DNA of 40,517 nt. Source: Bacteroidales bacterium. GTDB taxonomy: Bacteria; Bacteroidota; Bacteroidia; Bacteroidales; P3. The stretch is taken from assembly GCA_012837565.1 (NCBI GenBank), contig DUQY01000066.1, forward strand, positions 1-40,517. Reading direction: 5' to 3'. Of this stretch, positions 35,317-40,517 are shown in pieces (the first letter of the stretch is position 1; the number at the start of each line of letters is the position of its first letter). Under the pieces are notes generated by a model. It worked only from the letters and a program-made list of their open reading frames with translations. It ran no database searches and was not told the origin of the DNA. A program made the position numbers and the translations under genes.

Positions 35317-36322
35317 AACTAATCCTATCTTCCTAATTAGTAGAACTGATAGCATTGGAGATGTTGTTCTTACTTTGCCAATGGCAGGGATTTTGAAGTC
35401 TATTTACCCCAATGCAAAGATAATCTTTCTTGGAAAAACATATACCGAGCCTATTGTTAGTTTGTCCTCTCATATCGACAAGTTTATAAATTGGGATTCT
35501 TTGAGTTCAGAAGATTGTTCAACCCAAATAAGACTTTTAAAGCAATATAATATCGATGTTTTTATTCATGTATTCCCTTCAAAAGCGATAGGAAAACTTG
35601 CAAAACAAGCTAAAATCCCAATAAGGATAGCTACATCTCACAGGGTATATAATTGGCTTTATTGCAATAAACTAATAAGATTTTCAAGGAAGAAATCTGA
35701 CCTTCACGAGTCACAGCTTAATATTAAATTAATTGAATGCCTTGGAGCAAAATCTAATTATAGGATTGAGGACTTATATGAATACATTGGTATTCAGGCT
35801 AATAATATAACAACGCCAGCAGATAGTTTAATTGATAAAACAAAGTTTAACTTAATTCTCCACCCAAAATCAAAAGGAAGTGCAAGAGAGTGGGGGGTAG
35901 ATAACTTTAATAAGTTAATATCTATTTTGCCCGAATCGGAATATAATATCTTTATTACTGGAACAAAAGAGGAGGGAGACTTAGTTAGAAAAGAGATAAT
36001 TAATAAGAATATTGGAAGAGTTCACGACCTAACAGGCGTATTCTCACTTTCAGAGTTTATCTCATTTATTGGCAAAGTAGATGGCTTAATTGCAGCAAGC
36101 ACAGGCCCGCTTCATATTGCATCTATTTTAGGAGTAAATGCCTTAGGATTATATCCTCCAATAAGACCAATGCACCCAGGTAGATGGAGGCCAATAGGAG
36201 AAAAGACAAAAGTGTTTTCGAAAAATGAAGAATGTTCAAAATGCAGAGAAACACAATATTGTGAGTGTATGCTTTCAATTAATCCAAATGACATTCTAAC
36301 TTATCTCGATAAAATTAAATAA
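35285..36322 (+). CDS. family 9 glycosyltransferase (LPS heptosyltransferase-like)
   Basis: 345 aa. N-terminal ISRTDSIGDVVLTLP and C-terminal GTKEE....I.........L.G..SL.E......K.DGLIAASTGPLHIA are typical of GT9. Confidence 0.8.
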   Translation: MQSLENLIRNKTNPIFLISRTDSIGDVVLTLPMAGILKSIYPNAKIIFLGKTYTEPIVSLSSHIDKFINWDSLSSEDCSTQIRLLKQYNIDVFIHVFPSKAIGKLAKQAKIPIRIATSHRVYNWLYCNKLIRFSRKKSDLHESQLNIKLIECLGAKSNYRIEDLYEYIGIQANNITTPADSLIDKTKFNLILHPKSKGSAREWGVDNFNKLISILPESEYNIFITGTKEEGDLVRKEIINKNIGRVHDLTGVFSLSEFISFIGKVDGLIAASTGPLHIASILGVNALGLYPPIRPMHPGRWRPIGEKTKVFSKNEECSKCRETQYCECMLSINPNDILTYLDKIK

Positions 36323-36323
36323 T

Positions 36324-36359
36324 AAAAAAGGTCGCTAAATAATTATAGCGACCTTTTTA
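36324..36359. terminator. bidirectional intrinsic terminator between the GT9 gene and the oxidoreductase operon
   Basis: AGGTCGCTA (36329-36337) pairs with TAGCGACCT (36346-36354), flanked by an A-run and a T-run. Confidence 0.8.
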
Positions 36360-36387
36360 GTAATAATGTTAGTTAGATTTTCCTAAC

Positions 36388-36939
36388 TTACAATTCAAAT
36401 ACTGTTTCAACAATTGTTTTTCCTGTTTGAACAGCTTTTAAGTTTTCTGGTATCATTTTATGATGACGCTCTGGAAGAGATTTAAGTAAACCTTTTTCAA
36501 TGAATTCTTCAGTAACAACTGGTTTAACTTCTAAGAATGCTCCAAGAACAATCATATTAAATACTTTTGCCATTCCAAGCTCAGATGCTTTTTCTGTTGC
36601 AGCAACCTTGTAGATATTAATATCTTTACGAGTTGGAGGATTAAATACTCCATTAGGGTCGTATAATAATACTCCACCAGGCTTAACTGTCTTTTCAAAC
36701 TTGTCAAGAGATTGTTGGTTAAGTATGATTGCTGTGTCAAATTGGCTAATGATTGGAGAACTGATTCTTTCATCAGAAATAATTACTGATACGTTTGCAG
36801 TTCCTCCACGCATTTCAGGGCCGTAAGATGGCATCCAACTTACTTCTTTATCTTGCATAGCGCCTGAGTAAGCAAGAATTTTACCCATTGATAAGACACC
36901 TTGTCCACCAAATCCGGCTATGATGATTTCTTCTGTCAT
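36388..36939 (-). CDS. 2-oxoacid:ferredoxin oxidoreductase, gamma subunit
   Basis: 183 aa. The start IIIAGFGGQGV.S.GKILA is typical of the gamma subunit. It is the last gene of the delta-alpha-beta-gamma operon. Confidence 0.88.
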   Translation of the reverse strand: MTEEIIIAGFGGQGVLSMGKILAYSGAMQDKEVSWMPSYGPEMRGGTANVSVIISDERISSPIISQFDTAIILNQQSLDKFEKTVKPGGVLLYDPNGVFNPPTRKDINIYKVAATEKASELGMAKVFNMIVLGAFLEVKPVVTEEFIEKGLLKSLPERHHKMIPENLKAVQTGKTIVETVFEL

Positions 36940-36956
36940 TGCTTTTACGTTTAAGG

Positions 36957-37736
36957 TTATTTTTTAACTTTTTCTCCGTCAACTTTTATGTCGCCGATTG
37001 GATACTTAACAAACATGTTTTCTACCATCCATTTGTTAGCTTCAACTGGTGTCATTTTCCAACCTGAATTACAGTTAGAAACAACTTCAACTAAAGAAGT
37101 TCCTTTTTTGTTCTTTTGGTTTTCAAATGCTTGACGAATTGCTTTCTTTGTTCTTCTAACGGCTGCTGCAGTGTGAACAGATTGACGAGTGATGTAATAT
37201 GTTCCTGGTAATTCTGCAAGTAATTCTGTTATTTGCAAAGGATAGCCATTTAATTCAACTGTACGTCCGTAAGGAGAGGTTGCAGTCTTCATGCCAAGTA
37301 ATGTGGTAGGAGCCATTTGTCCTCCTGTCATACCATAGATACCATTGTTGATAAAAATAATAACAATGTTTTCTCCACGGTTACAAGCGTGAATTGTTTC
37401 AGCAGTTCCAATAGCAGCTAAGTCTCCATCTCCTTGGTAGGTAAATGTGTGACGATCTGGGAACATGCGTTGAATTGCTGTTGCAATTGCAGGTGCTCTA
37501 CCGTGAGCTGCACCTATTGCGTCAACGTTGAAATAATTGTAAGCTAAAACAGAGCAACCAACTGGAGCAATGCAAATAGCTTTATCTTGAATACCCATTT
37601 CTTCAATAACTTCTGCTACAATACGGTGTGTTGTTCCGTGCCCACAGCCTGCACAATAATGCATTACAGCATCTGTAAGTACATTAGTTTTTTCGTAAAC
37701 CAAGTTTTCTGGTTTAATTATATCTGGATTAAACAT
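36957..37736 (-). CDS. 2-oxoacid:ferredoxin oxidoreductase, beta (TPP-binding) subunit
   Basis: 259 aa. YCAGCGHG near the N-terminus and the TPP motif GDGD......NNGIYGMTGGQ. Confidence 0.9.
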   Translation of the reverse strand: MFNPDIIKPENLVYEKTNVLTDAVMHYCAGCGHGTTHRIVAEVIEEMGIQDKAICIAPVGCSVLAYNYFNVDAIGAAHGRAPAIATAIQRMFPDRHTFTYQGDGDLAAIGTAETIHACNRGENIVIIFINNGIYGMTGGQMAPTTLLGMKTATSPYGRTVELNGYPLQITELLAELPGTYYITRQSVHTAAAVRRTKKAIRQAFENQKNKKGTSLVEVVSNCNSGWKMTPVEANKWMVENMFVKYPIGDIKVDGEKVKK

Positions 37737-37741
37737 ATTTC

Positions 37742-38827
37742 TTATCCTTTAATGATTTTTTCTTCTAATGCTTCAAGAACTTCGTGTGGAGTATGGATGA
37801 TTCCGCCATAACGACCAAAGTGTTCAACTGGACAACGGAATTCTGCTGCCAATCTTACATCTTCTACCATTTGACCAGCACTCATTTCCACTGCCAACAT
37901 TCCTTTTACTTTTTTAGAGAACTCTGCAACTTGTTTCTTAGGGAATGGGAATAATGTGATAAGACGTAGAAGACCTACTTTTATTCCTTTTTCACGTCCA
38001 AGTTGAATAGCTTTTTGTGCAATACGTGCACTTGATCCATAAGCAACAAATATATATTCAGCATCTTCACAGTTAATGGTTTCGAAAAGTACTTCCTTTT
38101 CTTCCATTTCTCTGTATTTTGCTTGAAGTTTATGGTTATGTAGTTCTTGTTTAGCTGAATCAAGATCTAGTGATGTGATAATGTTATGGTCTCTATCAGC
38201 TGGTTTTCCACAACTTGCCCATGGTGCATTTTTTCTTAGTTCTTCTTCAGTCCAACGAGGAATATGAGGTCCAACATAAAGCTTTTCCATAACTTGACCA
38301 ATTGCACCATCAGAAAGTATCATAACTGGATTACGATATTTAAATGCAATTTCCCATCCTAAGAATACGAAATCATACATTTCTTGTACAGATGCTGGTG
38401 CTAATACATACATTTGGTAGTCTCCGTGTCCGCCTCCCTTAACTGCTTGGAAGTAGTCTGCTTGAGATGGTTGGATAGTTCCTAAACCAGGACCTCCACG
38501 TACAACGTTTACTACTAATGCAGGAAGTTCTGCTCCTGCAAGATAAGTTAATCCTTCTTGCATAAGACTTATTCCTGGAGAAGAAGAAGAGGTCATTACT
38601 TTTTTACCTGCTCCTGCTCCACCATATACCATGTTAATTGATGATGTTTCACTTTCTGCTTGTAAAACAACCATTCCTGTAGTTTCCCATGGTTTTTCAA
38701 TCATAAGATGTTCCATAACTTCAGATTGCGGTGTGATAGGATATCCAAAATATCCGTCGCAACCTGAGCGTATTGCTGCTTCAGCAATAGCTTCGTTACC
38801 CTTCATTAATTTTAGCTCTTTTGCCAT
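37742..38827 (-). CDS. 2-oxoacid:ferredoxin oxidoreductase, alpha subunit
   Basis: 361 aa. MKGNEAIAEAAI..GC...FGYPITPQSE is the canonical alpha-subunit N-terminus. The substrate (2-oxoglutarate or branched 2-oxoacids) cannot be decided from sequence alone. Confidence 0.9.
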   Translation of the reverse strand: MAKELKLMKGNEAIAEAAIRSGCDGYFGYPITPQSEVMEHLMIEKPWETTGMVVLQAESETSSINMVYGGAGAGKKVMTSSSSPGISLMQEGLTYLAGAELPALVVNVVRGGPGLGTIQPSQADYFQAVKGGGHGDYQMYVLAPASVQEMYDFVFLGWEIAFKYRNPVMILSDGAIGQVMEKLYVGPHIPRWTEEELRKNAPWASCGKPADRDHNIITSLDLDSAKQELHNHKLQAKYREMEEKEVLFETINCEDAEYIFVAYGSSARIAQKAIQLGREKGIKVGLLRLITLFPFPKKQVAEFSKKVKGMLAVEMSAGQMVEDVRLAAEFRCPVEHFGRYGGIIHTPHEVLEALEEKIIKG

Positions 38828-38847
38828 TTCTATTATAATTTAATAGT

Positions 38848-39066
38848 TTATAACTTTACTTTGTAAACAGTGATTACTCCGTCAGGACATACTAAAGCAC
38901 AGCTAGTACAACCTATGCAATTGTCAATTATTGCTTCAGAATAATGATAGCCTTTACCATTTACGTTTTTTGACAGAGCCAGAACACTGTTGGGACATGC
39001 GGTAATGCATACTCCACAACCTTTGCAACGCTCTTTATCAATTACAACTGCTCCTTTTATTGCCAT
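38848..39066 (-). CDS. 2-oxoacid:ferredoxin oxidoreductase, delta subunit (2x[4Fe-4S] ferredoxin)
   Basis: 72 aa with two CxxCxxCxxxCP motifs (CKGCGVCITACP and CIGCTSCALVCP). Confidence 0.9.
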   Translation of the reverse strand: MAIKGAVVIDKERCKGCGVCITACPNSVLALSKNVNGKGYHYSEAIIDNCIGCTSCALVCPDGVITVYKVKL

Positions 39067-39115
39067 TGTTTTTATTTTTAATTGGTTTATATTTAGTCTT
39101 ATTAATTTCAGACTT

Positions 39116-39123
39116 CAAAATTA
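39116..39123 (-). promoter_or_regulatory. -7 promoter element (TAATTTTG on the minus strand) for the oxidoreductase operon
   Basis: The plus strand reads CAAAATTA, about 50 nt upstream of the ATG at 39066. Confidence 0.45.
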
Positions 39124-39244
39124 TAACTTATTTTTCATTGTAGCAAATAAATATAGTTAATTAATTATTAAAGCAATAATACAACAGAAATTGCGTTATT
39201 ATTATTGTTAAATAATTTTTGTATTAATTAATATTGAAAACTCT

Positions 39245-39823
39245 ATGTCAAAATTTACATTACCTGTGTTTCCTTTTGCTCAAGATGCATTGGAACCTCA
39301 TATTTCAAAATCTACAATTGAATTTCATTATGGTAAACACCATCAAGCTTATGTAGATAACTTAAATAAGCTAATTGTTGGAACAGAATTTGAAAACGCT
39401 ACCCTAGAAGAAATTGTTATGAAATCAAGTGGTGGAATTTTCAATAATGGTGCTCAAGTTTGGAACCATACATTTTATTGGAATTGCTTAACTCCAAAAT
39501 CACCTCTAAAACCTCAAGGAAAACTTCTTGAAGCAATTGAGAAAGAATTTGGAAACTTTGAAGAATTTAAAACAAAATTCACTGCTGCTGCTGCAACTTT
39601 ATTTGGTGCAGGATGGGCATGGTTAGTTAAAACTGCAGATGGAAAGTTAGAAATTGTTCAAACTTCAAATGCAGAAAATCCAATGAAGCAAGGAAAAACT
39701 CCTCTTTTAGTTTGTGATGTTTGGGAACATGCTTATTATCTTGACAAACAAAATCGCCGTCCTGCTTATTTAGAAGCATTCTGGCAAATTGTTGATTGGA
39801 AAAAAGTAGAAGAAAGATTCTAA
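39245..39823 (+). CDS. sod: Fe/Mn superoxide dismutase (cytoplasmic form)
   Basis: 192 aa. [20 protein letters not shown] and the C-terminal [10 protein letters not shown] metal-ligand motif. No signal peptide. Confidence 0.93.
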   Translation: MSKFTLPVFPFAQDALEPHISKSTIEFHYGKHHQAYVDNLNKLIVGTEFENATLEEIVMKSSGGIFNNGAQVWNHTFYWNCLTPKSPLKPQGKLLEAIEKEFGNFEEFKTKFTAAAATLFGAGWAWLVKTADGKLEIVQTSNAENPMKQGKTPLLVCDVWEHAYYLDKQNRRPAYLEAFWQIVDWKKVEERF

Positions 39824-39849
39824 ATTTCAAGTATTATTAACACATAAAG

Positions 39850-39903
39850 TATTCTGATTATTATAAATATTAAGTATTGAAATAATAATCAGAATATTTT
39901 TAT
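39850..39903 (+). terminator. intrinsic terminator after the first sod gene
   Basis: TATTCTGATTATTA (39850-39863) pairs with TAATAATCAGAATA (39883-39896) over 14 bp, followed by TTTTTAT. Confidence 0.75.
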
Positions 39904-39918
39904 TTATACACCAAGGAT

Positions 39919-40517
39919 ATGAAAAAAAGATTTACTCTTATATTTATAAGTTTAATGTTAGTAACAGTATTTAATGTTCAAGCACAGCCAAATATTGCAA
40001 AGAGAAGTACGGAGCAAGTTAAAGGTCAATTTGTTTTACCTAAATTGCCATATGAAATGAATTCTCTTGAACCTCATATTTCGCAAAAGACTCTTGAATT
40101 CCATTATGGTAAACACCATCAATCATATGTTGATAACCTAAATAAGCTAATAGTTGGAACAGAATTTGAAAAGTCTACCCTTGAAGAAATTGTTATGAAA
40201 TCAAGTGGTGGAATATTCAATAATGCAGCTCAAGTTTGGAATCATACATTCTATTGGAATTGTTTAACTCCCAAATCAAAACTTAAACCTAACGGAAAGC
40301 TACTTAAAGAAATTGAAAAAGAGTTTGGAAGCTTCGAAGAATTTAAAACAAAATTCACCGCTGCTTCTTTAAGTTTATTTGGTTCAGGATGGGCTTGGCT
40401 AGTTAAGAATGCAGATGGGAAATTAGAAATTATTCAAACCTCTAATGCAGAAAACCCAATGAAGCAAGGAAAAACACCTCTTTTAGTATGTGATGTTTGG
40501 GAGCATGCATATTATAT
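39919..40517 (+). CDS. Fe/Mn superoxide dismutase paralog with N-terminal signal peptide (3' end outside the window)
   Basis: ATG at 39919. [23 protein letters not shown] is followed by a ~20-aa linker and then a SOD core nearly colinear with the upstream copy ([26 protein letters not shown] ... DVWEHAYY). It is open to the window end, so it is absent from the ORF track. Confidence 0.88.
   Translation, partial: MKKRFTLIFISLMLVTVFNVQAQPNIAKRSTEQVKGQFVLPKLPYEMNSLEPHISQKTLEFHYGKHHQSYVDNLNKLIVGTEFEKSTLEEIVMKSSGGIFNNAAQVWNHTFYWNCLTPKSKLKPNGKLLKEIEKEFGSFEEFKTKFTAASLSLFGSGWAWLVKNADGKLEIIQTSNAENPMKQGKTPLLVCDVWEHAYY

Noticed and set aside
39160-39244. AT-rich partial palindromes (CAATAAT...ATTATTG around 39173-39207) upstream of sod as a Fur/PerR-type operator, and AATTTTTG (39214-39221) as the sod promoter.
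   Set aside because: The palindrome arms are short and the region is almost pure A/T, so chance matches are likely. The promoter box deviates from TAnnTTTG at the first position. The evidence is not strong enough to call.
1320-39830. About 30 short ORFs (60-96 aa) in the supplied track that lie antisense to, or out of frame within, well-supported genes. They are 1320-1520, 3272-3490, 3551-3769, 4076-4270, 4327-4521, 6007-6219, 8679-8888, 9499-9783, 12756-13016, 12875-13114, 13583-13798, 14775-15065, 17293-17553, 20526-20708, 22734-22931, 23232-23438, 23801-24013, 26140-26349, 27176-27421, 30674-30898, 31524-31763, 33910-34098, 34664-34852, 36112-36294, 36552-36773, 37587-37811, 37981-38163, 38631-38843 and 39627-39830.
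   Set aside because: They are shadow ORFs expected in AT-rich DNA. Each overlaps a longer gene with clear family signatures, the translations are low-complexity or Leu/Ile/Phe/Ser-rich, and none has its own promoter box.

Overview
AT-rich chromosomal segment that looks like a Bacteroidota genome. The evidence is TAnnTTTG-type promoters, no Shine-Dalgarno dependence, and a porP-gldK-gldL-gldM-gldN type IX secretion/gliding cluster. It is probably an anaerobe, because it carries a 4-subunit 2-oxoacid:ferredoxin oxidoreductase and RnfA. Most of the window is ordinary housekeeping: adk(partial)-obg-PAP2; mnmG-ybeY; MoxR plus two parvulin PPIases; guaB; a C25 (gingipain-like) peptidase with a T9SS sorting domain; DUF4271-HemD-like-rnpA-yidD; ssb; HU plus a tiny basic peptide; RNase G; LPS genes lptB/hldD/kdsC and GT2/GT9; the T9SS core; rnfA; the oxidoreductase operon; and two tandem Fe/Mn superoxide dismutases. 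I found no rRNA, tRNA, CRISPR array, transposase or integrase. The unusual content is non-coding. (1) A ~1.1 kb ORF-free island (11279-12348) between guaB and the C25 peptidase gene has its own consensus promoter, interleaved inverted repeats (a possible pseudoknot), a 17-mer present three times in alternative-hairpin arrangement, and several long hairpins. (2) A dispersed family of tandem arrays with an exact 21-bp period and the core (C/T)GTTTCA occurs at three loci (11793-11897 inverted, 21137-21220, 32344-32490). Two of these start immediately after intrinsic terminators in convergent gene gaps. I do not recognise either as a described RNA family or repeat class. All functional interpretations are inference and need RNA-seq and comparative checks.
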